In this document: in pieces, positions 8,995-18,478 of the stretch
Layout: every line of letters starts with the position of its first letter
How positions within the stretch are numbered: position 1 is the first letter of the stretch
From: a virus
IMG/VR virus record: IMGVR_UViG_3300020037_003876
Length of the DNA stretch: 36,621 bases
Reading direction: 5' to 3' (one strand)
Program-made: the position numbers and the translations under genes
Notes under the pieces: model-generated
Seen by the model: the letters and a program-made list of their open reading frames with translations, nothing else
Database searches by the model: none
Told to the model about the DNA's origin: nothing

Positions 8995-10232
8995 TAGTAC
9001 AATGGTCCTTTAATCCCAAGTTGATTGGCGATATCTTCCGGCGTGGTGCCGCGATTCTGCGCCGTCTCATAAAGTTCTGCGACAGAAACATCACGCTTCA
9101 GAGTTGGTGCATTAACTTTGGTACGCCACGCCTGGTTTAATCCTTTCCCAGTGCTTTTATTGCTTATAAAATCAGATTTGAACTGATTGTAGCCAGCTTC
9201 TATTCTTGATATTTTAGCCGCGCCTCTTAAGTATGCCGCCGTTTGTTCCGCGCTTGCATTAGCATTAATCTGGGTTGACGTAACTAGGCGTATATCAGCA
9301 TCAGATGCCGCTCCAGGTGGCAATAATTTAATCGCTTCTGACATTCTTGTTTCGTTAACTTGCCGCCTAAACTCAGATATAGCATCCTGAGTTCCAAGCA
9401 AAGATTTTAATGATTCTTCTGCTGTTGATTTTAATCCACCCTGTATTTTCAGCTTCTCGAAGTCGTTGGCTAAAAGATCAAACTTATTTGCTTTACGTTG
9501 TGATGTTACCGTAGCGTCCTGAGACGTGAGTAAGACTTTTTCAAGACCGGCAGATAATTTATTGGTTTGACGAGCCTCTGATTGTTCCTGTAATTGCAAT
9601 TGCCGTTCGCGTAAACTCTGATCTCGCATACGCAAATTAATGTCAGTGCGATCCTTCTGAAATCCTTGCACCGGAGCAGCAGTTGCCTGACCGGTTGTTG
9701 GATCGATTGTTACAACCTGACCATCAACAATTTGAGTTTTTGGCATAACCGTTTTAGGTGGCGGTGCCATAAAGCCTTCAATGGGAGCAGCTGTAGCTTT
9801 ACCTTGTGGACTAATGGTAACCGCTTGACCGTTCACAATCTGTGTTTTTGGCTGCGCGGATTGAGGTAATTTAAGCAATCCATTAGCCTGAGCAAAATTA
9901 ACAACAGTCGATACATCAGCATGAGCGCCTTCTATATCACCATCCTCGATCTTTTGTAAGACTCCCATGGTGTCACTTGGATCTCCGCCAAGCTTGCGTA
10001 TAGCCGACAATCGATTGATTAAGGTAGCGCGAGCCGCTGGTATATTCCCTGTTTGTAAATTCTGCTGCACAGTATAAGCGTCTTGTAGCAAAGCCATTTT
10101 TCTGCCTTCGCTCAACTGCTGTTGCTGTTGCTGCTGCACGTGCATAAAATACGGCCCCTGACCAGCAACACCGGCACCAAACCCCTGCAATGCGTTAGCT
10201 ATTTTTGAGTAAGTACTTGGCTGATTATCCAT
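8994..10232 (-). CDS. Internal virion / ejection protein with a polyQ tract and an internal about 30-aa duplication.
   Basis: The track start 10247 is TTG. ATG 10232 (MDNQPS) follows gaggg. Contains QQQQQQQ and a duplicated PKTQIV(N/D)GQ.VTI..motif. Confidence 0.5.
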   Translation of the reverse strand: MDNQPSTYSKIANALQGFGAGVAGQGPYFMHVQQQQQQQLSEGRKMALLQDAYTVQQNLQTGNIPAARATLINRLSAIRKLGGDPSDTMGVLQKIEDGDIEGAHADVSTVVNFAQANGLLKLPQSAQPKTQIVNGQAVTISPQGKATAAPIEGFMAPPPKTVMPKTQIVDGQVVTIDPTTGQATAAPVQGFQKDRTDINLRMRDQSLRERQLQLQEQSEARQTNKLSAGLEKVLLTSQDATVTSQRKANKFDLLANDFEKLKIQGGLKSTAEESLKSLLGTQDAISEFRRQVNETRMSEAIKLLPPGAASDADIRLVTSTQINANASAEQTAAYLRGAAKISRIEAGYNQFKSDFISNKSTGKGLNQAWRTKVNAPTLKRDVSVAELYETAQNRGTTPEDIANQLGIKGPLY

Positions 10233-10239
10233 AATCCCT

Positions 10240-11310
10240 CTATGCAAATGCCATCATTGCTGTTCCGATGCCGGATGCAGCCTGCCCTATGCTTCCAAGA
10301 ACGCCTTGAGTTTGCTGTATTCCTGGGACACCTTGCAAACCGGCAACCTGTCCGCTTTGAGTCATGCCGAGGCTTGAAAGTAATTGTGCAAGCTGCATTT
10401 TTGCATCAGCATTACCATTTCCAGCTCCGGCAAGCAATTGCGCCAAGTTGCTTCCGCCCTGATTAATAATGTCAGAAACCCCAGCACCTTGCTGGCTATT
10501 TAGTGCAGCAAGCTGTTCACCTGCTCGCGTTCTTCCTGATGCCAATGAATTCCCTGTGTTAAATGCGTAATTCGCGGCATTGTTACCATAGTTATAATTA
10601 TTGTTTGCTATTTGCCCGGTCAAGTTTGCAGATATATTTAATCCGTTAAGCCCAGTATTTGATATCTGACCTAACCTATCAAATTGATTTCCGAAATCTT
10701 GCTGTGCAAATCCTATGCCCTGTCGCTGCAATTCTTGCAACACTCTACTTCCGCCAAGTCCACCAACCGCAGACGCATTTCTCAATACCGCCTGTTCTCC
10801 TCGGTCTTGCAGAAATTGTTGTCCTGGGCTTGAGTTATAGTTCGCAAAGGCTTGGGCCTGAGCTTCAGGCCCAAGCGCGCCAGATAACGCAGCCTGCAAA
10901 TCAATAGCAGAACTTCCCGCTTTGACAAACGGATCAAGCGCGGATATTCCGCTCTGCAAAACTGAATTTGCTTGTGAGTTACCTTGCTGCAAAGCATCCA
11001 GAGACCCAGATAACCCGCCCTGCAAAGCAGATTCGGACCCAATCAACCCAGTTTGTGGCGCTCCTGGCACAGATGTTTGAGTCATTGTTCCTGGGTCTGT
11101 ATATCCTTGGCTAGCCAGATATGGCATAGCCGCTTGATTGGTGAATCTTGGGTCATTTGGAGCTGCGGCCTGTATCTGGCTCAAACTCACGCCATTTGCA
11201 TTTGCAGCAGATAGTATCTGGTCTGGCGTAAGATTTGGATTGGAAAGAAACTGACTGATATCATTGCTTGATATTGCTGAATTTCCAGTGCCAAATATTG
11301 TTTGGGCCAT
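10240..11310 (-). CDS. Internal virion / ejection protein (Gly/Gln/Ala/Asn-rich).
   Basis: Composition, and position equivalent to P22 gp20. Confidence 0.5.
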   Translation of the reverse strand: MAQTIFGTGNSAISSNDISQFLSNPNLTPDQILSAANANGVSLSQIQAAAPNDPRFTNQAAMPYLASQGYTDPGTMTQTSVPGAPQTGLIGSESALQGGLSGSLDALQQGNSQANSVLQSGISALDPFVKAGSSAIDLQAALSGALGPEAQAQAFANYNSSPGQQFLQDRGEQAVLRNASAVGGLGGSRVLQELQRQGIGFAQQDFGNQFDRLGQISNTGLNGLNISANLTGQIANNNYNYGNNAANYAFNTGNSLASGRTRAGEQLAALNSQQGAGVSDIINQGGSNLAQLLAGAGNGNADAKMQLAQLLSSLGMTQSGQVAGLQGVPGIQQTQGVLGSIGQAASGIGTAMMAFA

Positions 11311-11942
11311 TAGAGCATAGCTCCGTATCGTGTAAGAAGGTTTTGCATTCTAATTTGATTAGTTGGATCAAGACCGCTTCCATTACCTGACACACTCTGA
11401 ATTGCTGAATTAGGATCTGAAACAAACCTAGTAGAGCTTGAGAAATCTGGTGTTTGTTGCAAAAGCTGACCATACCATTGACGGTCAGCAGAACTCAGTC
11501 CAGGTATATCACCATTAGCAGCAGCACGCAGAAGATCCGCGTCTGTTTTGATATTAGCAAGCTTGTTTTTTGTCTCAAAACTTCCACCGGTTAAAGCATC
11601 GGCAATAGTTTGGTATTTCGGCAATTGCTGACTGCTAAATGACGTGTTTGGAGATATCGTATTAATGGTTGGATCTCCACCAAGTATTGCGGCTTGAGCA
11701 GCAGCATTGCCCGCCGTAAACGCATTTATTTGACCAGGAATTGTCTGACCTAAAACATCAAGAGCGCCTTGATATCCAGAATTTCTTGCATCTTCCGCAG
11801 CCGGACCAAGACTCAACAAATCGCTCCTAGCTTGCGCCCCTTGTGTTTTGATGAAATCTGTCGCAGCAGCATTTTGCGCTGACTGACCTTTTTGAGCGCT
11901 TTTGTCAGTTCCTCCAAAGATCGTTTTAACTATTTTACCCAT
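11310..11942 (-). CDS. Internal virion / ejection protein (in the P22 gp7 position).
   Basis: 210 aa, Ala/Gly/Gln-rich. Overlapping start and stop with neighbouring genes. Confidence 0.45.
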   Translation of the reverse strand: MGKIVKTIFGGTDKSAQKGQSAQNAAATDFIKTQGAQARSDLLSLGPAAEDARNSGYQGALDVLGQTIPGQINAFTAGNAAAQAAILGGDPTINTISPNTSFSSQQLPKYQTIADALTGGSFETKNKLANIKTDADLLRAAANGDIPGLSSADRQWYGQLLQQTPDFSSSTRFVSDPNSAIQSVSGNGSGLDPTNQIRMQNLLTRYGAML

Positions 11943-12415
11943 TCCAACTCACCCCTAGTTACTCCCATGAGCCATTGGCTGCACAGATTACCGTTCTTTT
12001 TATAACTCAATCGATTAATGCCTTCAACAATAAACCCAAATGATTCGGTGAACTTTTTCACGTTGTCGTAAATTGATGGAATTGTGGCAACAATCTTTTG
12101 ATAATCAGTATTATTTATAATCCATCTTAGAGCAGCCAGGCCTGATTCTCGACTAAAATCTTTTCGGTATTGTGGCAAAACATGAGCATGTATCTGTAAT
12201 GTAACGCCGTTAAGTGCGTGCATGTTATATATCGCAACCACTAAGTCATCATTCTTTATCACAAGCCAGCACTCGCCAACTGTATCAACGTCGAATCCAT
12301 CTTGCGTATGATCACCATCCTCGGTAATGCAATCCCATATTACCGGATCAAATATCACTGATTTTATTACGTTTACATCGTATGTTCTATCGCAAGTTAT
12401 CATACAATAACCCAT
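11930..12415 (-). CDS. Conserved phage structural-module protein, possibly GNAT-like/DUF2824-type (in the P22 gp14 position).
   Basis: 161 aa. Start is ATG 12415 or ATG 12403 (ATGA overlap with the upstream stop). The family assignment is from memory only. Confidence 0.4.
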   Translation of the reverse strand: MGYCMITCDRTYDVNVIKSVIFDPVIWDCITEDGDHTQDGFDVDTVGECWLVIKNDDLVVAIYNMHALNGVTLQIHAHVLPQYRKDFSRESGLAALRWIINNTDYQKIVATIPSIYDNVKKFTESFGFIVEGINRLSYKKNGNLCSQWLMGVTRGELEWVK

Positions 12416-12660
12416 CCCTTTTTCCTGTTCCCACCTATATCGGGTAGCATTTTTCTGTAAATTACCGGAGTTGCAGGGATTGTTTCGTCAACATAAACGC
12501 AGTATTGCGGAGCCTCTATTACATCCTCTGGAGATCCTGTTGAAACAATGTTTACGCTATTTTGTAGTTGCAGAAGATATCTTTGAAAATGAGGGGAAAC
12601 CGTGCCATCGCCATTTATTATGGGCAATCCGACGTTGAGTTTTATTTGATTTTGTGGCAT
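12400..12660 (-). CDS. Small virion-module protein, function unknown.
   Basis: 86-aa ORF between the gp10-like and gp14-position genes. Confidence 0.5.
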   Translation of the reverse strand: MPQNQIKLNVGLPIINGDGTVSPHFQRYLLQLQNSVNIVSTGSPEDVIEAPQYCVYVDETIPATPVIYRKMLPDIGGNRKKGWVIV

Positions 12661-14109
12661 TTATACACCGATAATATCAGCCGTAAGCTGAAGTATAACA
12701 GGCTTCGCCGGATCTGAAAGAGTAAACCTCAAAACAAAGAATCTCTCTATTCTTCCATTCCTGCGCCAGATTGCTCTTTTGCTGTATTCGCCAATTTTTC
12801 CAATTGCGCGAGAAGTTTGACAAAACCACGTTTTCCCACCGTCTTTACTTATCTCCATCTCAATGACAGGATCTATTATATCCGTGTTTCCTACTCCAGA
12901 TTCAACAGTTAACTCAATCATGGGGATAAACATTGGTCGCATATTATTTTGAAATGGCTGCGTAGCTATCACTCTAACAATATTATTGTTATATTCGGTG
13001 TGAACGTCTGAATCAAGATATCCTACACGCCCATCCAAAGAATCAGAAACCAAAACTTTACCGTACGCATTCTCTATTGAATTTACCCTATAAGTTATAT
13101 TCTTTGGAACACCGAACCCGTCAGTTAATCTTGACTTTCTTTCGTGCCATCTTCCTGATACTTCGTCATAAACTATTGTGGTTTCCGGCAATGAGAATCC
13201 CACAAAATACGCGCCTTTTTGCGCATAAGTCCAGGTGAAAATATTACTTACATCATCGGCAGATAGTCCGCTTAAAAGAGTATCGATAGCGGTTGTTGAT
13301 ATCTTCTCGACCGAATTGCCATTTAATCTCCATATCGCCGGAGATTCTCTCTTCCCAGCACCAACAAAAATAAAAGAGTTGCTTGAACTTGTCACTCCAA
13401 ACTTTGAACTTAATCCTTTTTGTATAAATAAACCTGACCTTTGAAAAGGAAAATCAGCGCTGCCAATATTTTGGTATGATTCAATTGTTTGAGACCCAAA
13501 AATATAAAGCTGATTATTAAAAACAAAAGGAGAAACAATATCATCCGGGTCTGATTCTGCGCTACCGAAATCAAGAGCGTTAAAAGACAATCCGTCATTC
13601 AGAGAAGAAACAATAAATTTCTTGCTGTCTGTTGAAAACAGAAAATACCCGTCGATATAAACAACAATTTGCGGCTGGCCATTTGCTTTGAAATCAAGGT
13701 CGGTTATTTCCTCAAGTGCTCCGGTAGACCAAGTGTAAATATATCCTGTGCTTACTGCTCCCGGCACAACAATGCATAATTGATGGCCGTTATCTGCAAT
13801 TGAGACTCTACCACTTCCGGTTACAGAACCAAGCATAGTCATGTCAGACAAATTATCTTCAAGTCTATACAGACTGTTTCCATTAACAAAATACGGCACC
13901 CCAGCCATGACATGCGAGCCGCGATTCTGTTGGTTGTATAACCCTGATGTTGCAATCTGCTTAATTCCTGGTGTTCCGATCAAAGTCTCTTTGTTTAAAA
14001 CCTCAGCAGTTTCAATATTTGGATACCAATTTACACACTGCTGCGCAGACAAAGGTAAGCTATCGCTTATGTAAAATCCGTTAGCAATCGGAAGAGTGGT
14101 GACGGTCAT
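12661..14109 (-). CDS. P22 gp10-like tail accessory factor (packaged-DNA stabilisation / tail hub).
   Basis: 482 aa. GSGRVSIADNG compares with P22 GSGRVSMAHGR. The C-terminus RAIWRRNGRIERFFVLRF compares with P22 RVLWKRVGRIRRLIGFKL. Confidence 0.7.
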   Translation of the reverse strand: MTVTTLPIANGFYISDSLPLSAQQCVNWYPNIETAEVLNKETLIGTPGIKQIATSGLYNQQNRGSHVMAGVPYFVNGNSLYRLEDNLSDMTMLGSVTGSGRVSIADNGHQLCIVVPGAVSTGYIYTWSTGALEEITDLDFKANGQPQIVVYIDGYFLFSTDSKKFIVSSLNDGLSFNALDFGSAESDPDDIVSPFVFNNQLYIFGSQTIESYQNIGSADFPFQRSGLFIQKGLSSKFGVTSSSNSFIFVGAGKRESPAIWRLNGNSVEKISTTAIDTLLSGLSADDVSNIFTWTYAQKGAYFVGFSLPETTIVYDEVSGRWHERKSRLTDGFGVPKNITYRVNSIENAYGKVLVSDSLDGRVGYLDSDVHTEYNNNIVRVIATQPFQNNMRPMFIPMIELTVESGVGNTDIIDPVIEMEISKDGGKTWFCQTSRAIGKIGEYSKRAIWRRNGRIERFFVLRFTLSDPAKPVILQLTADIIGV

Positions 14110-14110
14110 T

Positions 14111-15694
14111 TCAAGCTATCCTTATCACCGCATCGACCACCACAACTCCTGTAGTATCGGTGTTATCAGCAACCCAAAACTCAATATAATCATTGGTAGC
14201 AAATGTTCTGTTCCATATCATATTGTAAATAGTTGTTATCGTACTAACGTCAGATGCAGTTGATTTTGTCTCGGCAATAATAGCTCCGTTAACAGCAATG
14301 TAACCGCTTACTGATTTTGTTCCAGATGATGGGCTTATTGATGCGGTTATTGAGATAGACATTATCGCAGCCTTCTCTCCTGTGTACGTTAACTTACCAT
14401 CAACAGCAGCAGTAAATTGAGACGTTCCTTTATTCACCCAAGCATTGTTTCCGTTCGCTTTTACAGCGGTTCCGGACACTGAAATTGTTGTTGCCGTGGC
14501 GTTGCTATTTAAAGATATTAAACCGCTCGGCCTTGTATCCTGTATCTTACTATTGGCCAAAAACTGCCAACGGTTATCGGTGACAGCGATTGTTGACAAA
14601 GGAGTACCAGAGCCAGTTGTCTTGCAGTTTATAACTGTACCTAAGCTGCCTGATGATATGTTTGCGGATGCTGCGGCACCAGACAACAACGACACACCGA
14701 CAGCAAGATCAACCCTTGCGCGATTCAATGTAAAGTCATTAAACACTGCAGTTCCGAGTTTAAACAGGACTCCAGATGCAACTGTAGCAACGATATCTTT
14801 AGCAGAAAACTTTATAACCGTCGCGCTTCCGAAGTTAAATCCGTCTGTAATAACGCTATTTGCATATAGAGTACTTATTCTAATTTCACCAAAACTGCTA
14901 CCGGCTATAGCTCCGAGCTTGTTGCAACTGTCTATAACAACATTTGATAAACTAAATAGCGCAAGACCAGTACTATCAGTCATATTAAAAACCTGACCTG
15001 ATGTAGCGGAAAGTCTGATATTTGAAAGTACAAAACTTACACCAGATCCGGTAAACATGTCACCAGACCCTGTATATGTTATTTTTGCTGGATAAGCATT
15101 GTTGATAGATTGTATAGATATCCCACCAGCGCTCACATCGAACCGGTTTACTGTGCTCACATCGGCCATCAGCATGTAATAAGTATTAGCTGGCAACGTG
15201 ATAACACCCGCAACATCCTCTGGGAAATCAGACATTGAGCTTACTATTACCGCCGTCGCTGGTATTGGTGAATTTGAAGCTGTTACCTGAACACCACCTG
15301 CCACCGCTGCAACAGATATGTTTGCCCCGGCAATGACATTGCCGATTTGCGGACTGGCTGCTGAAGGATTGGTTAATATTGGCTGACCGCCTGTGCCAGA
15401 TTGAAAATTATGTTCAATTAGTACGCCATTTTCTGGCGAGACTGAAGCAGATATTCCAGCCCCCGCCTCTATATTTCTAATGTTGTTTATTGCACCTTGT
15501 ACATCAAGTATTGGTACGCTGGTAACGTCTCCGTCCTGAACAATGGTTCCAGTAACTCCGATAGATGCCTGGAAATCAGCTAATGTTATCCTATAATTTA
15601 CACCATCAGCTACAAAGCTTATCTCGGTGTTGGCTGGCAGTGTTGTGTCTGCCGGGAATTCACTTATCTTTCTGCCGCGAGCTTGATTTGTCAT
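14111..15694 (-). CDS. Spike-like, probable beta-helix protein inserted between the gp4-like and gp10-like genes.
   Basis: 527 aa. N-terminus RKISEFPADTTLPANTEISFVADGVNYRITLADF resembles fibre/spike attachment modules. The body is Ser/Thr/Gly/Val/Ala/Asn-rich. Confidence 0.5.
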   Translation of the reverse strand: MTNQARGRKISEFPADTTLPANTEISFVADGVNYRITLADFQASIGVTGTIVQDGDVTSVPILDVQGAINNIRNIEAGAGISASVSPENGVLIEHNFQSGTGGQPILTNPSAASPQIGNVIAGANISVAAVAGGVQVTASNSPIPATAVIVSSMSDFPEDVAGVITLPANTYYMLMADVSTVNRFDVSAGGISIQSINNAYPAKITYTGSGDMFTGSGVSFVLSNIRLSATSGQVFNMTDSTGLALFSLSNVVIDSCNKLGAIAGSSFGEIRISTLYANSVITDGFNFGSATVIKFSAKDIVATVASGVLFKLGTAVFNDFTLNRARVDLAVGVSLLSGAAASANISSGSLGTVINCKTTGSGTPLSTIAVTDNRWQFLANSKIQDTRPSGLISLNSNATATTISVSGTAVKANGNNAWVNKGTSQFTAAVDGKLTYTGEKAAIMSISITASISPSSGTKSVSGYIAVNGAIIAETKSTASDVSTITTIYNMIWNRTFATNDYIEFWVADNTDTTGVVVVDAVIRIA

Positions 15695-16167
15695 TATGGT
15701 GTTCCTGTTTCAAGTCCGATTGCACCGGTTGTCTCAGCCAATATTTCAGCTTCCAAATCTGGATAAAAATTAGAGTATCGGATATTTGGCATATTACCAG
15801 ATCCTATTGGCAGTGTTGATGGGTACTCGGTCTGTATGCTTATTTGCCCAAGTTTACGCATAGTTTCCATGCCTTCAGCCGCAGCCACTTGAAGCCCAGG
15901 TGTTATTACTCCACTGTAATCAGGTGCCACCTCAATCGCCATGTTTGCGATAATACCGCGCAACGCTCCTGTCGGAACAGTAACGGTATCCCCAAGATCC
16001 GACACGACAGTATACCCAAGTGATATACCATCAGCATCAAGCGCTAACATGTAATTGTTAAGCGCAAAAATGTAATCCTGATACTCCTCAGCTTGTAGAT
16101 CAGCATTAGATCCTTGAACTAAGATTCTTTGCAGAGACGCTTTTGCAATCTGGGCAACTGTAGCCAT
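15694..16167 (-). CDS. P22 gp4-like head-to-tail adaptor (tail accessory factor).
   Basis: 157 aa. VAPDY, PSTLPIGSGN and YSNFYP parallel P22 gp4 IAPDY, PSRMPTGSGN and WHYFP. Confidence 0.75.
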   Translation of the reverse strand: MATVAQIAKASLQRILVQGSNADLQAEEYQDYIFALNNYMLALDADGISLGYTVVSDLGDTVTVPTGALRGIIANMAIEVAPDYSGVITPGLQVAAAEGMETMRKLGQISIQTEYPSTLPIGSGNMPNIRYSNFYPDLEAEILAETTGAIGLETGTP

Positions 16168-16310
16168 TATTTAATTTCTTTATTTGGTTCTTCTTTCTTT
16201 GGTTCTTCTTTTCGCTTCCATCCGAGACTAATAGCGGCTTCTATGTTAGCTTGCAAATCATTGGTAACAACTTCAGTGCCATTCTTCTTTATCCATTTAA
16301 TCATATTCAT
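16167..16310 (-). CDS. 47-aa basic small ORF, below the track cutoff.
   Basis: ATG 16310 lies 9 nt after ggag. The stop overlaps the next start (TAATG at 16169-16165). Sequence MNMIKWIKKNGTEVV...KEEPKKEEPNKEIK. Confidence 0.5.
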   Translation of the reverse strand: MNMIKWIKKNGTEVVTNDLQANIEAAISLGWKRKEEPKKEEPNKEIK

Positions 16311-16334
16311 ATTTACTGCTCCATAAAGTTAATA

Positions 16335-16350
16335 CGGGGCCGAAGCCCCG
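16335..16350 (-). terminator. GC hairpin directly after the coat gene; a likely partial terminator or RNA stabiliser.
   Basis: cggggc-cgaa-gccccg. On the minus strand it is followed by a T-containing tail (tattaacttt), not a clean U-run. Confidence 0.5.
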
Positions 16351-16357
16351 CTTGATA

Positions 16358-17635
16358 TTAGCTCCCCCAACCCTGACCGGCAAAGAATGGATTCAGGCAA
16401 GCATACGCTGGACGCAAATCAAAACGAACTATCTGTTTGTTTGCATCACCGTCAGAGTATTTACATACTCGTATCTGCAAGCCATCTTCAGTCGTTGCAA
16501 TCGTGTCTGTGGCATAAAGTTTTTGTAATGGCACGGAACCGATAGAAAATGCTTTTTTATGCCAGAACAGGTTTGGCTGTAATGTCACTCCAGCCGAGCC
16601 TAGCCGAGTTACAACATCGCCGGAAGTAACAGCAGAAGCAACGGTATTGTAAGCTCCGGTTGCCTCATATATTGCAGGCCCAGAAATAACAAGAGTGCCC
16701 TCACCGCTAGATCCAAGAGTAACTGGGGCGGTAACAACGCCGGTAAACAATACGACGGCTCCTGTATCGTCAAGAATAGCTCTGCGGGTAGACAGATTCA
16801 TGCGATTACGACCAGTTATCTGGATTACCTCACCAGCTGCCACAACTGCATTAGCTCCCATTGCAGTGACCGCAATGCTCATGGTCATCGAGTCTTTTGC
16901 GCCAACATAAGTAGCTGTCGGAGTTGCCGTCAAAGTACCGGCTCGATCACTTGCAGCATCAGTTGTGTACCGTGGCAATGTTGTTGCTGTCATTACCCGA
17001 TCAAAACCGGCGAACATACTTGATATGGTGCTTTTTTGATGCGCTTCTGTGATTAACTCACCGGCTGTTCCACCGGCACCTAAAGATCGCTGATTGCTAG
17101 CCAGTTTCTTTTGAGTGTACGGATTCACGGTATAGTACCAGGGCTGGTCAGTGGGTATTCCGTGCGCAGACATTACCGCACCGGCCTGGGCAATATGATC
17201 CCAAGTGGTTGCGGCAGTGCCAACCGTTCCAGCCAACAAACCTGCTCGAGTAAGCATGAAGTTGGTAAAATCAAGTTCCAGGTCGGTAATTATACGTGTC
17301 GCTGCGGGTGCTATTAATTGATCGAGCTGATCCATCTTAATTGCTTCATCAGCCTCGTTCCAATCAATAGGAACAGTAAAGTAATTTTGAACCGTTCCAG
17401 AAGCTTTCCCTGTGATAATGTCCTTTCTAACACCTGTTATATCACCAGCCGCTGTGCGCGAGCTTGTGTAATCAGTCGGACGCTTGAAATCTACAGTGTC
17501 GCCGCTGGAAGGATCAAATTTTCCGGTTAATAATTGCGTGTCAACGTTTTTAGAGTGAACCCTGGCGGCTTCGGCTTTCTCCAAAAACACACGCGCAAGT
17601 TTGCGCGTAATATTACTATCATAATTACTAGCCAT
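16358..17635 (-). CDS. Major capsid protein, P22-coat-like.
   Basis: 425 aa, placed after the scaffold. It resembles the P22 gp5 layout (e.g. ..SSMFAGFDRVMTATTLP compared with ..QVAGFDDVLRSPKLP). Confidence 0.8.
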   Translation of the reverse strand: MASNYDSNITRKLARVFLEKAEAARVHSKNVDTQLLTGKFDPSSGDTVDFKRPTDYTSSRTAAGDITGVRKDIITGKASGTVQNYFTVPIDWNEADEAIKMDQLDQLIAPAATRIITDLELDFTNFMLTRAGLLAGTVGTAATTWDHIAQAGAVMSAHGIPTDQPWYYTVNPYTQKKLASNQRSLGAGGTAGELITEAHQKSTISSMFAGFDRVMTATTLPRYTTDAASDRAGTLTATPTATYVGAKDSMTMSIAVTAMGANAVVAAGEVIQITGRNRMNLSTRRAILDDTGAVVLFTGVVTAPVTLGSSGEGTLVISGPAIYEATGAYNTVASAVTSGDVVTRLGSAGVTLQPNLFWHKKAFSIGSVPLQKLYATDTIATTEDGLQIRVCKYSDGDANKQIVRFDLRPAYACLNPFFAGQGWGS

Positions 17636-17647
17636 TCTTAAATCTCC

Positions 17648-18430
17648 TTATTCGTACTTAGCGCCCTTCGGCCCACGCTCAGGCTTTGTAACTCCACCAC
17701 CTCTCAATGTATCTGCAGGTTCCGGTATTGCGCTAATTTTGTTCTTTAACTGAAGTTTTGGCTTAATAACGTTGCTGATATGAACCGCAGCTTGCATCGG
17801 ACTGAGTTTACTTATTGCTTCAAGTTCAGCCGGATTGCGCGCCAAGAATGTTGTTATTGCAGGGCCTTTATCATCACCTAAGATAAAATGCGCCACATCA
17901 TCATGCATTCCATAAGCAGCAATAGCTTTCCCTGCAACAGCTAGCTCATTTTCTGATATGCCAAGTTCTTTGGCTCTACCAGAATACGTTTCAACGCTTT
18001 TGACCAAGTCGTTATTTTTTCTTTCTTGCTCTGCTTTGTTCTGAGACTGTATCTGATTATTCCGTATTTCCTCGTTTGCATCGTAAATTGCCGCATTCCT
18101 TATGGCTTCGTCACGTTGCTTTATTCTGATGTCATAATCTTCATCATACGGGTCAGGTAGATCAGGTATCACAGGCTTTTGAACGTTTGGAAGCTTCGAT
18201 TTAAGATTTATTACCTCTGCTTCCGCCGCCTCTCTCAATCGCTTCTCTTCCATCAATTCAAAATGCTTCTGATTCATCCGTTTGGTAAAACCGGCCGGAT
18301 CTTTATCAGTATTCGATTCATCAGTTACAGTTTCAGTTTCAGCATCTTCCGAAGTTCCTGATTCTTCGGTGTCCATCTCTGGATTCTCGATCAATTCTTC
18401 ATCGATCTCTTGCAGGTTTTCTTGTGTCAT
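17648..18430 (-). CDS. Scaffolding protein.
   Basis: 260 aa between the portal and coat genes. Acidic N-terminus and helical, charged composition. Confidence 0.6.
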   Translation of the reverse strand: MTQENLQEIDEELIENPEMDTEESGTSEDAETETVTDESNTDKDPAGFTKRMNQKHFELMEEKRLREAAEAEVINLKSKLPNVQKPVIPDLPDPYDEDYDIRIKQRDEAIRNAAIYDANEEIRNNQIQSQNKAEQERKNNDLVKSVETYSGRAKELGISENELAVAGKAIAAYGMHDDVAHFILGDDKGPAITTFLARNPAELEAISKLSPMQAAVHISNVIKPKLQLKNKISAIPEPADTLRGGGVTKPERGPKGAKYE

Positions 18431-18478
18431 TTTTAAGCCTTTAGAAAGGTTGCCGCGATACCGTCACGTACGGGTTTA

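Noticed and set aside
16129-16326. 65-aa plus-strand ORF between the coat and adaptor genes.
   Set aside because: It is on the wrong strand for the operon. The minus strand here carries a better-supported 47-aa ORF with an SD and a coupled stop/start.
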